60,853 nucleotides of DNA from an uncultured virus (IMG/VR IMGVR_UViG_3300008108_004630) (lineage: Duplodnaviria > Heunggongvirae > Uroviricota > Caudoviricetes), in the IMG/VR virus record IMGVR_UViG_3300008108_004630; one strand, given 5' to 3'. The translations under genes were made by a program, and so were the position numbers. Shown here piece by piece: positions 45,932 to 57,322 of this stretch (positions are counted from its first letter, which is position 1; each line of letters begins with the position of its first letter). The notes below the pieces were generated by a model, which did not search any database, was not told the DNA's origin, and worked only from the letters and a program-made list of their open reading frames with translations.

Positions 45932-46533
45932 TAGATATCAAAGTTGATCGTTTTCCTATCGTAATATTCGCTAATTTTAGAACTGGGTCTTCTGCTTTGG
46001 CAGATCATCTAGGAAATAAATATTCAATACCTGTGTTTTCAGAACCTTTTACTAACCCTACAATAGATAGCATAGATAGGTTTAAAGTACATTTTATGAA
46101 AACTTATAAAAATAGCTCTAACTATGTAGTTAAATTTATGGGTATTCAAATAAATGATCTTAATCCGTATGAAAAATTATTAGACATGGATAGCTATAGA
46201 ATAAGATTAAGTAGGAGAGATAAGGTAGCACAAATTTCTAGTTTATATATAGCTCAAAAAAGATCAAAATTTTTTAAATATATAGGAGATACTACTGAAA
46301 AATATTATCTACCTATAGATCGAGTAGTTTTACTAGATGCTTTAGCCGCAATAATGAGAAATGATTTCTATCTTAGAAAATTGCCATATTCATATTCACT
46401 AGACCTTGAGTATGAAGATCTTGGATTTATAGAAGATACTAAACACGTATTATCTGATAATCCAGAAAATATTGAAGAAATTCGTGAAGAGATAAGAAAG
46501 ATATTAAGATGGAAAGATATATTCAATATTTGA
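45928..46533 (+). CDS. Sulfotransferase-like protein
   Basis: RTGSS 5'-PSB-like motif, RRDKVAQISS, YEDL. Confidence 0.6.
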   Translation: MIDIKVDRFPIVIFANFRTGSSALADHLGNKYSIPVFSEPFTNPTIDSIDRFKVHFMKTYKNSSNYVVKFMGIQINDLNPYEKLLDMDSYRIRLSRRDKVAQISSLYIAQKRSKFFKYIGDTTEKYYLPIDRVVLLDALAAIMRNDFYLRKLPYSYSLDLEYEDLGFIEDTKHVLSDNPENIEEIREEIRKILRWKDIFNI

Positions 46534-46668
46534 GTATTTTACTAAATAATACATTTGTTGATGAAATCTTTGCAATTGTATATGGGTTTTATATTTTTTT
46601 CAAGACTCTATACAAGATAAATAGAAATATGTCTAGTAATCAAGACTAATCTCTAATATAATAAAAGA

Positions 46669-46944
46669 ATGTCAACTTATCTGATTAAAGAAATTCAGAA
46701 CAACCGTTTTCAAATTGCCAACTTTGAAGATAGTGCCGCTCCGGAAGGAGTGTATGAACTCCTCTATACCAAGACGCGCGATTACATGAGCTGTAATTGT
46801 CGCGGATTTAGGATGCAGAAAGACAAGTCAGAGCATAAGCATTGTAAGATGGCTAGGTTCTGGATGAGTCAGGGCAAGCCTGAGGGTGTGGCTCTCTGGG
46901 AAGATGATGGTGAGTATAAGATGAACAGGTTTGTAGAGGTGTAA
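46669..46944 (+). CDS. SWIM zinc-finger protein
   Basis: CNC.GF...HKHC. Confidence 0.6.
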   Translation: MSTYLIKEIQNNRFQIANFEDSAAPEGVYELLYTKTRDYMSCNCRGFRMQKDKSEHKHCKMARFWMSQGKPEGVALWEDDGEYKMNRFVEV

Positions 46945-46945
46945 G

Positions 46946-47170
46946 ATGAACAAGCTAATTAGAGAACTTGCTGAACAGGCTACCAAAGATAAGTGGAAAC
47001 TCAATAGGTATATGAGTGATCCTGTGTTTGATGGGCGTAAACTTGATACTGAAAAGTTCGTCGAGTTGATTCTTATAGAAGTTATCGCCACAATCTATGG
47101 ATCTGATATAAAAGACAAGAAGCAGGATAAACTTGTAGATAAACTACTCTATAAGTTTGGAATGAAATGA
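46946..47170 (+). CDS. Phage paralog family (RI.ELAEQA...EKFAELI)
   Basis: Shared motif with 47167, 49526, 50152, 50510. Confidence 0.7.
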   Translation: MNKLIRELAEQATKDKWKLNRYMSDPVFDGRKLDTEKFVELILIEVIATIYGSDIKDKKQDKLVDKLLYKFGMK

Positions 47171-47397
47171 ATAATAGAATTCAAGAGTTAGCTGAGCAGG
47201 TTGGCTTTGGTTGGGATGACAAATACCACTGGTATGTTGGTAACGAGCAGATGAAAAAGTTCGCTGAGCTGATCGTTCAAGATTGCATCTCTCAGACTGC
47301 CATGATCGGTGTCAGCAACAGCGATGATCCCGACGTCGTGTGGACTGTTGATAAAGCCATTCAGAATATCAAGCAGCATTTTGGAATTGAGCCGTGA
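47167..47397 (+). CDS. Phage paralog family member
   Basis: MNNRIQELAEQ...KKFAELIV. Confidence 0.7.
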   Translation: MNNRIQELAEQVGFGWDDKYHWYVGNEQMKKFAELIVQDCISQTAMIGVSNSDDPDVVWTVDKAIQNIKQHFGIEP

Positions 47398-47543
47398 AAT
47401 ATACCCTAGAACTCAAAGAGAATGAAGATGGAGACCTCTATCTTGAACTACCACAAGAGGTTTTAGATCGACTAGGTTGGACTATAGGCACAGAACTCAA
47501 CTGGTCTGTAAAAGACGGAGAAGTAATTGTCGAAAAACTATAG
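47394..47543 (+). CDS. AbrB/MazE-like small protein
   Basis: Manual translation GDLYLELPQEVLDRLGWTIGTELNW. Confidence 0.65.
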   Translation: MKYTLELKENEDGDLYLELPQEVLDRLGWTIGTELNWSVKDGEVIVEKL

Positions 47544-47879
47544 AATCGTTCAAGAGAATACTGACGAGTGGCGTGTTATCTTCTATGAAGATAATGAGCA
47601 GGTAGACACTAGCTTATACGCTACTCTTGATGAAGCTATGATGGCTGGTCAGTATTATCTCTCAGAATACACAGGAGTATTACCCTGGGATGATTGAGAA
47701 GATAGAAGATTATAGATCCATACTAGATAGTATAACATCTATAGTCCATAACAACGAAACAGACGAGACTAAGATTACAGTTCTCAAGTACATCTTAACT
47801 GTATATAATGAACTTGATACTTATGATGCAATAGGAGAAGATTTCTCTTATGCGTGGAATAAGAATATTAAGAGGATCT

Positions 47880-48167
47880 ATGAGAGAGACCACAGTAGTT
47901 AATATCCGAACTGATGAGTATGATGTTCAGATTGATAGAACTACCAGATGGGGAAATCCTTTCCCTATCGGTAAACATTCTCGACGTGAGGTCATAGAGC
48001 TTTACAAGCACTGGATCTCTAAAGAGATACAAGAAGGTAGAGTTACTCGCGAAGACCTAAATACTCTTCGCGGTCAAAGGCTAGGTTGCTGGTGTAAACC
48101 ACTCTCTTGTCATGGAGACATCCTTGCCAAACTTGCAGACTCCATTGAGGACCCGCCGTCATTTTGA
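47880..48167 (+). CDS. DUF4326 family protein
   Basis: RWGNPF, LRGQRLGCWCKPLSCHGDIL. Confidence 0.88.
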   Translation: MRETTVVNIRTDEYDVQIDRTTRWGNPFPIGKHSRREVIELYKHWISKEIQEGRVTREDLNTLRGQRLGCWCKPLSCHGDILAKLADSIEDPPSF

Positions 48168-48225
48168 CCTTGCCTCCTAGTCTGGATTATAGTAATATGT
48201 ATCTATGATGAATGAGAGGAAACAG

Positions 48226-48540
48226 ATGACACAGAAGCAGATTAACTACACTAAGGAACAGACTGAGCGTCTTATTGCACTCTACCACGAGCGCGGTAAC
48301 GACAGTCTAGAGGAGATTGCTCAGGAGATGGGCAAGACCCTCAAGAGCGTCAGGGCGAAGCTAGTTCGCGAGGGAGTTTACCTAGCTCCTGATAAGAGCA
48401 AGAAGAACGACGAGGATGGCCCTTCTAAGAAGGAGCTAGTTCTAGAGCTAAGCAAGCTCACTGGTAAGGAACTTACTGGTATCGAGGGTGCTACAAAGGG
48501 CTCTCTTGCTGAACTCATCGAGGCTTTCCAGACTCGATGA
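48226..48540 (+). CDS. HTH DNA-binding protein (T5-like early protein)
   Basis: NYTKEQT...IAQEMGKTLKSVRAKLVREGVY. Confidence 0.6.
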   Translation: MTQKQINYTKEQTERLIALYHERGNDSLEEIAQEMGKTLKSVRAKLVREGVYLAPDKSKKNDEDGPSKKELVLELSKLTGKELTGIEGATKGSLAELIEAFQTR

Positions 48541-49004
48541 TTGTAGCAGGGACAGGACATCGGCCCGATAAACTAGGCGGATACGGGGATGATGTCTATC
48601 AAAGGCTAGTCAGTCTCGCCACTGATTGGCTCTCTGATAACCTGCCTACAAAGGTAATATCTGGTATGGCGATCGGTTGGGATCAGGCTCTTGCTCAAGC
48701 AGCTATTGATCTTCAGATACCGCTAGTCGCAGCTATTCCCTTCAAAGGCCAGGAAGACCTCTGGCCTGAGAAGAGTCGTATTAGATATAAAGAGATTATG
48801 ACTAAAACCTCCACCGTAAAGACTGTATGTAGTGGCGCATATGCAGGCTGGAAGATGCAGACCAGAAACGAGTGGATGGTGGACCAGTGCGACATGGTCC
48901 TAGCATTATGGGACGGAACTTCCGGCGGCACCGGAAATTGCGTTAGATATGCTAAGAAAACAAATAAACCGCTGATAAACCTATGGGAACAGTGGTCTAA
49001 ATAA
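48537..49004 (+). CDS. YspA/SLOG (DUF1273) family protein
   Basis: TGHRP, SGMAIGWD, RNEWMVD, WDGTSGGTGNCV. Confidence 0.9.
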   Translation: MIVAGTGHRPDKLGGYGDDVYQRLVSLATDWLSDNLPTKVISGMAIGWDQALAQAAIDLQIPLVAAIPFKGQEDLWPEKSRIRYKEIMTKTSTVKTVCSGAYAGWKMQTRNEWMVDQCDMVLALWDGTSGGTGNCVRYAKKTNKPLINLWEQWSK

Positions 49005-49025
49005 AACAGTCAATCTACACCTATT

Positions 49026-49059
49026 AAAGGAGTTTTGCGTTTGCAAAACTCCTTTTTTT
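49026..49059 (+). terminator. Intrinsic terminator
   Basis: AAAGGAGTTTTGC-GTTT-GCAAAACTCCTTTTTTT. Confidence 0.8.
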
Positions 49060-50151
49060 ATGCGATAATGTAACCATGAATATAAATGTATTACTTTGGC
49101 TAATCTTAAATAGGAAATAAAATGAGTATACTACGTGACCATGTTGCAAATCTCAAAAGAGATATTGTTCTTCAAATTATTCGTGACTACGAACAGTTTG
49201 AACGTGACGGTGCTATTGGAGATTGTCATCTCCGCAGTATCGCACACGATCTTATAGAATCTATTACCAAATCAACTGACACCGGCAGCATTGTTTTTTG
49301 GATGGAAAAACTCGCATTTGAGTCTTACCGTCGGATTGCTATGGAGGTTATTAGTGAAAAACATTGACGTAGCTATTTCTCAAAACTTGACTAGTTTTGA
49401 GACCTCAAAAGAGGAACTAGAGCAAGAGTTGGAACACTATACAAATATGTATGTGTTTTTCAAGGATCTATGTTTCAATATTCTTGAAGAGAAGATTACC
49501 CAGGATCAGCTAGCGCAGATTCTTTATGGATTTGATAGAGGGCATGATGCATGAGCGTTTTTCAGCCTTGGTTGACAAGGCGCAGGAGCTGTCGTATAAA
49601 GAATACGAGAAGCGTCTAACTGGCTATTCACGCGAAGATTTGTTCAATCAAATCTTTGCCGAATTGATTGTCAGGGAATGTGCCGATATTTGCATAACCG
49701 AAGGTGAATCATACAAATACTCCTTTACCCCTTCTAAGGCACGGTTAGCTGAATCTACAAGCAAGCATTGTGCTATTATGCTCAAGAAATATTTTGGAAT
49801 TGAGTGAAGCAAGATGATAATCTATCTAGTAAATGAAAAAGTTGACCTTGGATACAATACTCTTTATGCTTTTAAATCAAAAGAAACAGCAGAAAGATGT
49901 ATGAATTTTTTCTTTGAGTCTCGTAGGTATGAAAACGAATACACACTCGACAATCAATTTGAAATTCAAGAGATAGAGATATCTCCAGATAACTCATTTC
50001 TGGGACGTTTTGGAGTGAGCGATGAACGAAAGAATTAAAGAACTTTCAGATAGTATTACGGAATACTTATCCAATGGAGGATTGTTTAATCCAGAATTTG
50101 CCAATCATCTTGCTGTGAGAGATCTGTTGATAGAATGTAGAGAGGTATTAA

Positions 50152-50526
50152 ATGAACACACGAATTAAACAACTTGCTGAACAGGCTGGGGCAGGTTGGG
50201 ACCACAAATACCATTGGTATGTGGGTTCTGAAACAATGCAAAAGTTTGCCGAGTTGATTGTCAGGGAATGTGTTGACAAGATCGAAACATATCGCATTCC
50301 TGTAGGCAATAGTGCTGCGGGCGAGATGGCAGCCGAATGGACGCACGATGCATTGTGGCAAATTAGAGACGATATCAAACAGCATTTTGGAGTTGATAAG
50401 CCTACGGGACAGGTTTGCTCTAAGTGTGGAGTTGATCGAACCAAAGAGGCTTGTCCCAACGGATATCATGCCGCATTGACCGGACAGTGTCCTGATATAG
50501 GAGTAGCTTATGAACGAGCGAATTAA
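50152..50526 (+). CDS. Phage paralog family member
   Basis: 5' part duplicated in the next gene. Confidence 0.7.
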   Translation: MNTRIKQLAEQAGAGWDHKYHWYVGSETMQKFAELIVRECVDKIETYRIPVGNSAAGEMAAEWTHDALWQIRDDIKQHFGVDKPTGQVCSKCGVDRTKEACPNGYHAALTGQCPDIGVAYERAN

Positions 50527-50710
50527 ACAACTTGCTGAACAGGCTGGGGCAGGTTGGGACCACAAATACCATTGGTATGTGGGTTCTGAAACAATGCAAA
50601 AGTTTGCCGAGTTGATTGTGAAAGAATGTGTTGGTGTTGCGGATCATTCAAATGTGACTGGTAAGAGCATCATTGGTCAAAGAATCAAAGAACATTTTGG
50701 AGTTGAGTGA
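50510..50710 (+). CDS. Phage paralog family member
   Basis: 50519-50619 identical to 50161-50261. Confidence 0.7.
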   Translation: MNERIKQLAEQAGAGWDHKYHWYVGSETMQKFAELIVKECVGVADHSNVTGKSIIGQRIKEHFGVE

Positions 50711-51862
50711 TGAACAAACATCAACTAATTAAATTGCTAACAGAGAAGGCATTTGATATCTATCACTATGATAGAAGATATCCAGAAGTTGGAATGGGAC
50801 CTCCTGTGGAATGGATAGTTGGCAAAGCAGCACACAAAATACTTGAAGATGCTGAAACTTGGGGCTATAACGATATGAGTGGGCTCAAACAGTTATTGCT
50901 TGATATTGAAGTCGTAGAGGCTGTGGATGATGCCCTTCGTAAAAGGATAAGAAAATATGGCTGACAACGCTATTCTAGAAGAGCTAATCAAGATCAGGCA
51001 GTTGCTTGAGAGAATGCAGCTTCCTATCCCAGTTGTTAAAGATAACTGGGGTACGATGAATACACATAAGCCAGATTGTGGTTGTCCCCCGTACAAGGTT
51101 TGCGGGAGTCTATCCTGTCCTAGAGGGATAAAGGTAACTTGCTAATGAAGATTCCAGGCGTTAGGTTGTTGCAGAAATATGAAACTGACACTCACAAAGT
51201 GGTAGTTTTGGGCGATGTTGCAACCGGCGGAAAAAGTCTGTGCATCGCACACTTTACAGACAAAGTGCCTATTTCTTTGGCTGTAAAGCAAAAGGCTGCG
51301 ATCAGAGCCTTAGATGCAATTCGTGAAGGAGTAGAACATGAACGCACAAGAACTACATGATGCCTGCCATGAGGCTTGCACTCATTGTCCTCAGTTTGAA
51401 GAATGGGATGATGATACCCACATTCAAGGTTGGGGTGAGTTTGGAAATATCCCTAAAAAGGGGATTGCGAAAGTCATCAAGTTTTGGAGAGAAGAGGGCG
51501 AAGTTCTTTGGGAGTATGGCTATTCTGAACATCTTCCACACGAAGTGAAACAGCTATTCGATAATATTGATTCTGTTATTGATAAAGCTATCAGAGACTA
51601 TTGCGCGAGGATATGACATATGACTAAGAAAGTATTCACAAAAAAAGAAGTGACTAGACTCTGGAAACATCAGTTTGGTCCTTGGGAGAAAGGTCAGTTC
51701 TTTCATCCATATACCTGTGGGAATCGCAGTAACCACCCTGAAGTGGCTGGAGACAAAGGCGTTCTCGTTCCAACTGTTCGCGGATGGATTTGCCCGTTCT
51801 GCGATTACACCCAGGACTGGGCGCATGGAGTAAATCAGAAAGAAAAGGATAGGATATAAAAG

Positions 51863-52201
51863 ATGAGCCTTGACATTACCCTTACAGCTCTTCGTCCAAC
51901 CTCTGTGTGGACAGAGAACATCACTCACAACTTGACCACCATGGCAAAGGCAGTGAAGGTGAGTAACACAACCCTGTACAAGGTTCTTTGGTATCCAGAA
52001 GAACTTGGATTGAAGACAGGAGAGGACATCTTGCCTTATCTTCGAGTGGGTCTTTCAATCCTAATGACCTTTCCCGAAGAATACAAGCAACACAATCCCT
52101 CAAACGGGTGGGGCGATTACAACAACCTTGTGGAATTCGTCACAACGTACATCATTGCGTGCACTGAGTATCCTGATGGTGTGATAAAGATTTCTAGATG
52201 A
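51863..52201 (+). CDS. Conserved phage hypothetical protein
   Basis: NITHNL..MA...NPSNGWGDY. Confidence 0.7.
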   Translation: MSLDITLTALRPTSVWTENITHNLTTMAKAVKVSNTTLYKVLWYPEELGLKTGEDILPYLRVGLSILMTFPEEYKQHNPSNGWGDYNNLVEFVTTYIIACTEYPDGVIKISR

Positions 52202-52742
52202 CTAGAGTTAAAAATACGTATGATTGGTATAGACCAATGACCTTAGGTGAGATAGAGCGTCTTGATAAACTACTGCAGTTGGCTTATACTATGACAGACA
52301 ATAGACTACAAGGAGTGCAGCTTGAGTATTGGGCTCTATATATGCAAATGTATCCCCATGTAACTCAGCCAAAAGATCTTGCTTGGTTTGTAGACTTTAT
52401 CGTTAAGATGTGTACACCAGAATTTATGGAATCGACAGTGAAATGCGTCAAGATTTGTGCCCATATAATTGTCGACCTGATCATACCACACTGTAACTCT
52501 TTAAAAAAGAAAAAGAATGAAAAAGCTAAATCTAAATAGTTTAACAGATACTATTAATTATACTTTTGAGAGGACAGTTAAATTTAACCCAGATGGATCT
52601 CTAGGACATACCTTAGATAGAGATGTTTTCAGAGTAATTGCAATTGCCATTGCATCTGATATTTTAGATAGACATAACACTGGGCTGTCTCAAAATTAAG
52701 AAGATAATTGACGCAGACCCGTTTATTTAGTATCATAAGTAT

Positions 52743-53120
52743 ATGAAACATATGGATAGTCTGATTTTGATCGCCCGAGACCAGCCTAAAGTTTTTGGTG
52801 TTAAGATTGCGTCATCCCTCTACCGAGGGAATAGGCTCATCGCTTATGGCTTTAATAGCCTTAAGTCTCACCCATTTCAGAAGCGTTGGGCGCCTCATCC
52901 AGAGGCTATCTATACTCATGCAGAGATTGATGCTATTCGTAATGCTCTCAAGAGGGACGAGGATCTTACTCGTTGCACGCTCTATATAGCTCGTTGGACT
53001 AATGAGGGTCAGGCTCTTGCAGAACCTTGCGATGGTTGCTGGTCTGCTATTAAGGCTTTTGGTATCCGTCAGGTCCATTGGACTATGGCTAAGAAAGGAA
53101 TTGGCTCATATGAACGATGA
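52743..53120 (+). CDS. Cytidine/deoxycytidylate deaminase-like protein
   Basis: HAE...PCDGC zinc motif. Confidence 0.85.
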   Translation: MKHMDSLILIARDQPKVFGVKIASSLYRGNRLIAYGFNSLKSHPFQKRWAPHPEAIYTHAEIDAIRNALKRDEDLTRCTLYIARWTNEGQALAEPCDGCWSAIKAFGIRQVHWTMAKKGIGSYER

Positions 53121-53294
53121 GTTTTCAGATGAATATCTAATTGGATTTGCCTTAGGTAGACGTATCCCTAATAGGGACGAGGTTTACGAGCAATTTGTTT
53201 CAGCATTATTTCAACTAGAAGAACCACTAACTAAGCCTTGTCAAGATTTTATTGATGGGCTATTTGTGGGATTGATTTACAAAGAGGAATAACT

Positions 53295-53537
53295 ATGAAA
53301 GTACGAATACTAGTTACTCTTAAAGAAGAAGTTACAGACACTCACGGTCTTGGGATTTTAAATCAGATCACTTTAGCAGGTCACAGTGAAGTTACTAAGG
53401 TAAGGTATGGTAGACTATTTGACCTAGTCCTAGATGAGGACGATAGGCGAATAGCCTATATGCGGGTTAGAGAGATGTGTGAAGCCCTATTAACTAATAA
53501 TCTCATAGAAGATTACGAGATAACTGTAGACAGATAA
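53295..53537 (+). CDS. purS: FGAM synthase subunit PurS
   Basis: VTLKEEVTD, VRYGR, EMCEALLTNNLIEDY. Confidence 0.88.
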   Translation: MKVRILVTLKEEVTDTHGLGILNQITLAGHSEVTKVRYGRLFDLVLDEDDRRIAYMRVREMCEALLTNNLIEDYEITVDR

Positions 53538-53569
53538 AAAAAGCCGGGATCGCTCCCGGCTTTTCTCGT

Positions 53570-53713
53570 TTAGTCGTCTTCGTTTTCTAAGTCCAGTTCT
53601 TCTAGGAGTTCGTCCACTATATCTTTTACTTCTTCTGGTGATTGAGCGACCCAACGACGACCGTCGCAGTCTACTAGATAACCATTTTCTACACGTTCGA
53701 TTTCAATTGACAT
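53570..53713 (-). CDS. Small acidic protein, lone minus-strand gene
   Basis: AGGAG RBS, MSIEIERVENGYLV...; bidirectional terminator 53537-53564. Confidence 0.65.
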   Translation of the reverse strand: MSIEIERVENGYLVDCDGRRWVAQSPEEVKDIVDELLEELDLENEDD

Positions 53714-53823
53714 ATCTTCTCCTTCGGACTTTCTAGTCCGTGTTCATTTTAAGCGGTTAGAGAGTTAGTGTCAACTATTAAATTTTCCTTGTCACCTAGA
53801 CAGAACTATGTTATAGTGGTTGT

Positions 53824-54357
53824 ATGATTACAATATATCTTGATATGGACGGAGTTCTCTGTGATTTTGATCGACGGTTCATGGAATTATTCGAAAACAG
53901 AGAGTATGATCCTAGGCTTTTTAGAGAAGCAGTGCTTCGTCACCGGATCTTTGAAACTCTTGAGTGGATGCCTCATGGTAAAGAATTGCTTGAAGGTATC
54001 GTTCAGCTAGAAGATAGTTATCCACCGATTGTTCAAACCGAGATCCTATCTAGCACAGGCACTTCTGAAACTGTTATTCGGGAGCAAGCCATGTTACAAA
54101 AAAGCTCTTGGTTAGATAAACATGGAATTGAATTTCCGCGTAACTTCTCTACATCTAAAGTCGAGAAATCAAAGTGGGCACACAAGAGTGCTATCCTAAT
54201 TGACGATAGACTTGGATGTGTACACCCATTTAGAACTAAAGGTGGGAATGCTGTCCTTCATGAGGATAAAGATTATCTTTCTACCCTCTCTCAGGTAAGG
54301 CATTATATCACTGAGATCTTGCGTCTCGGTTATACTTGTGATAATATAGATATATGA
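53824..54357 (+). CDS. HAD 5'(3')-deoxyribonucleotidase-like
   Basis: YLDMDGVLCDF, ILSS, ILIDD. Confidence 0.88.
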   Translation: MITIYLDMDGVLCDFDRRFMELFENREYDPRLFREAVLRHRIFETLEWMPHGKELLEGIVQLEDSYPPIVQTEILSSTGTSETVIREQAMLQKSSWLDKHGIEFPRNFSTSKVEKSKWAHKSAILIDDRLGCVHPFRTKGGNAVLHEDKDYLSTLSQVRHYITEILRLGYTCDNIDI

Positions 54358-54870
54358 AAATGATTGAAGAAGGAAAGCATTATGACCGTAGCTGAATTAA
54401 TCGAAAAGTTGAAGCAGTTTCCACAAAATTATGTGGTAGTTGCAGGCAATTATGGTGAAGGCGATACAATATTTAATAGCGCGACAAATGCGCTTGAAAA
54501 TATTGGTGTGACCAAGATTCGCAATCCTAAGTATAGCCTTGCGGTTGCTAGAATCGTTGACGAAAAAGACGGCACAATTCCGGCTGTTCATCTTTGGTGA
54601 ATAATATGAACTATAGTCCTTTACAGTTATACCTTATGCTGAAAGATCGCTCAAGTGCCGAGATCTCTGGACGCTTGCTTAGTCGCGCCGAGGCTTTCGA
54701 GAAACTTGATACAGACGATCCTTTTTATCGTCGCTGCGCGGTGCTGGATAGGATAGCATCTGAGCAGATTGAACGGCTCGTGGCGATGCTAAATCCAGAT
54801 AAGGATATCGCACACTGGTGCAAGGTCAGGGACGACTGGCGTAATCAAACATCACAAGGAAAATAATTAT

Positions 54871-55626
54871 ATGAAAATCGCTATTGCAAGCGATCTCCAC
54901 CTTGAGGTGAGAGATGTCGCTTTTGAGAATCCCGGATCAGACGTCTTAGTCTTGGCCGGAGATATCTGTACGCTTCGACATATGGATGCAGATGGAACGC
55001 TAGGAGATAGGTTTAGAGCCTTTTTCCAGAATTGCACATCTAGGTGGGAACACGTCATCTATATCCTTGGTAACCATGAGAGTTATGGATACCGGATTGA
55101 TAAGGCTCTTGATCGTGCCGGCCAGATCTCAGGAGTTCACCTCCTTGATAATAGTACTAAAACTATTGGTGGGGTGACCTTTTGGGGCGCTACTCTCTGG
55201 ACAGATTGGGATCGTAATCCTATGGCTAGCCTTGCTAGTCGAGGTCAGATGAATGACTACCGAGTTATTCGTACAGATGGTGGAACTCGCCGCCTAACTC
55301 CTGAAGATACTCATCGGCTTCACGACCAGTCTATCCTTAATCTGAAAAGCTCAAGGCCTGATGTAGTGATCTCGCATCATCTACCTAGCTGGAAGAGCAT
55401 CCCTGCTGAGTATCAAAACCCAGACAGTTTCTTGCTTAACCATGCCTATGCTTCTCATCTAGATAGTCTAGTGGAGGAGCTCTCGCCTCAACTCTGGATT
55501 CATGGACATACTCACAATTCGTGTGACTATAGTCTAGGAAAAACCAGAGTTGTCTGTAATCCGAGAGGTTATGCAGGATACGAGAGGCAGGCTAATCTGT
55601 GGCAGCTCAAGGTAGTTGAGCTATGA
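54871..55626 (+). CDS. Calcineurin-like metallophosphoesterase
   Basis: SDLH, AGD, GNHE, HH, HGHTH, NPRGY. Confidence 0.92.
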   Translation: MKIAIASDLHLEVRDVAFENPGSDVLVLAGDICTLRHMDADGTLGDRFRAFFQNCTSRWEHVIYILGNHESYGYRIDKALDRAGQISGVHLLDNSTKTIGGVTFWGATLWTDWDRNPMASLASRGQMNDYRVIRTDGGTRRLTPEDTHRLHDQSILNLKSSRPDVVISHHLPSWKSIPAEYQNPDSFLLNHAYASHLDSLVEELSPQLWIHGHTHNSCDYSLGKTRVVCNPRGYAGYERQANLWQLKVVEL

Positions 55627-56055
55627 TAGAAATCTTTGCTTGGGCACTAGGGTTTGCAGTAGCAGCCTTAGTGCTCAAAGTATTTGCAGTTTTGGCAGGA
55701 GACATCTTTGATAACAAAAATAGATAAGATACTAGATCTCATTCAGGAACTACCTGAGATAGATCCAACAGATAGTAACCATTTCGTGTGGTTAACTCTC
55801 CTAGAAGGTGCACAGAGAAACCTGTGTGCCTTACAGACAATACTTACTAAGGAACAAGATGAATCTGACAGTTCAAAGATTAGTTGAGACTCATCATTGG
55901 CTCCAAGAGCTAAAAGTGAACTATCTCTCTGCAATTCGCGGAGTAGAAGTTGAAGGTGCCCAGAGCTTCATCATAGATATAGATCTTAGGTGTGAAGCTC
56001 TAAGAGATTCCATAAAAGATTTGCTTAATACACAAAAAAAGGATATTATAAAACA

Positions 56056-56412
56056 ATGAAGACATTTAAGAATATGGCAGCCCAGGGTGATTTCGTTATC
56101 ATCCGGGTAGACTCTATCCCTGAGGGGCTAGAGGAGATTAATGTAACCAACAAGATTGTGGTGGCTCATTCTGAGACTGGCCACGACCATGTTATGGTTC
56201 TTGAGAGGCCCGGCACTGTTCAGGCTTTTAAGGATAGCAAAACTAGTGAGGTAGATCTCTATGAGATGTTTCTGCTTGTGTCGGAGCCTACTCCGATCGA
56301 GCATATGCGTGCTTGGCGCACTCACGAGACTCTCCTAGTCCCACCGGGTCGTTATAAGATCCGTAGGCAGCGTGAGTATATTCCGCAGGGCTTTAGAAAG
56401 GCAGCAGACTAA
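56056..56412 (+). CDS. His-rich partner protein of DUF6745
   Basis: QGD, HSETGHDH, H...H, PPGRY.IRRQREY; TAATG-coupled to next gene. Confidence 0.75.
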   Translation: MKTFKNMAAQGDFVIIRVDSIPEGLEEINVTNKIVVAHSETGHDHVMVLERPGTVQAFKDSKTSEVDLYEMFLLVSEPTPIEHMRAWRTHETLLVPPGRYKIRRQREYIPQGFRKAAD

Positions 56413-57287
56413 TGGCTAGGCTAAACGAACTTACCCAAGAACAGATTGACGCTATGCCGCTTTATGTAGATAAGTGGGTTAAGGTCGGCCTGTCTACGGA
56501 GCGCGTTGACTTTGAGCGTGCTAAAGGTCTAGTCGCTAAGGCCTATGAGAAGGCCGGTCTGGCTCTTCCTAAGGTCTACCATTTCGCTAGGGGTCCCAGA
56601 GAGGGATTTGCGATTTACAAGTCGCACCCCACCGGCACCGGAACTTACAACGACTATACTAGTGGTTGTATGTTTGGCTCTCAGGAATCCTCTTGGCTTT
56701 CTTACTGGGACTACTACAAGTCAGAGACTTGTGTTGAGGTTGATGATCTCTCTTATATGAAGGAAATCGCTCTTCATTGCGGTTGGGTATACACTGGAGA
56801 TACAGATGTAATTATTCACGACCGTCCTGAGATCATCAAGAGGGATGAGAACCACGCGCTTCATTGCGAAGATGGTCCGGCTATTAGGTATCTCGACGGT
56901 TACGAATTCTACTCTTGGCACGGGCAGATTGTCCCGAAGGAGTGGATCGTTGACCGAGCTAGCCTGACGCCTGAAATTGCTCTAGGCCAGCGTAATACGG
57001 AACTACGCCGTGCGGCCTGTGAGATTCTTGGTTGGGTTAATGTAATCGAGCGGCTTAACTGTAGAGTGATTGATCAGGATGCTGATGAGATGATTGGCAC
57101 CTTACTCGAGGTTCATATTCCAAATATTGGAAATGATTCCATGTTGGAAAAGTTCCTTAAGGTTCGCTGTGGTACTGGCGCGGAATTTGCTATACCTGTC
57201 CCTCCCGAGATGCGAACTGCTCTAGAGGCTAATGCCTGGACCTACGGTCTGAAGCCTACGGAATACGTTCCAGAGGTTAGGACCTAA
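56412..57287 (+). CDS. DUF6745-like protein
   Basis: LTQEQ...W...LSTERVD N-terminus; LHCEDGPAIRYLDG..YSWHG, N.ELRR, C-terminal VPP...A..A.AWTYGL. Confidence 0.8.
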   Translation: MARLNELTQEQIDAMPLYVDKWVKVGLSTERVDFERAKGLVAKAYEKAGLALPKVYHFARGPREGFAIYKSHPTGTGTYNDYTSGCMFGSQESSWLSYWDYYKSETCVEVDDLSYMKEIALHCGWVYTGDTDVIIHDRPEIIKRDENHALHCEDGPAIRYLDGYEFYSWHGQIVPKEWIVDRASLTPEIALGQRNTELRRAACEILGWVNVIERLNCRVIDQDADEMIGTLLEVHIPNIGNDSMLEKFLKVRCGTGAEFAIPVPPEMRTALEANAWTYGLKPTEYVPEVRT

Positions 57288-57290
57288 AGA

Positions 57291-57319
57291 GAACAGCGGC
57301 GAAAGCCGCTGTTTTTTTT
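57291..57319 (+). terminator. Intrinsic terminator
   Basis: AACAGCGGC-GAAA-GCCGCTGTT TTTTTT. Confidence 0.85.
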
Positions 57320-57322
57320 ACT

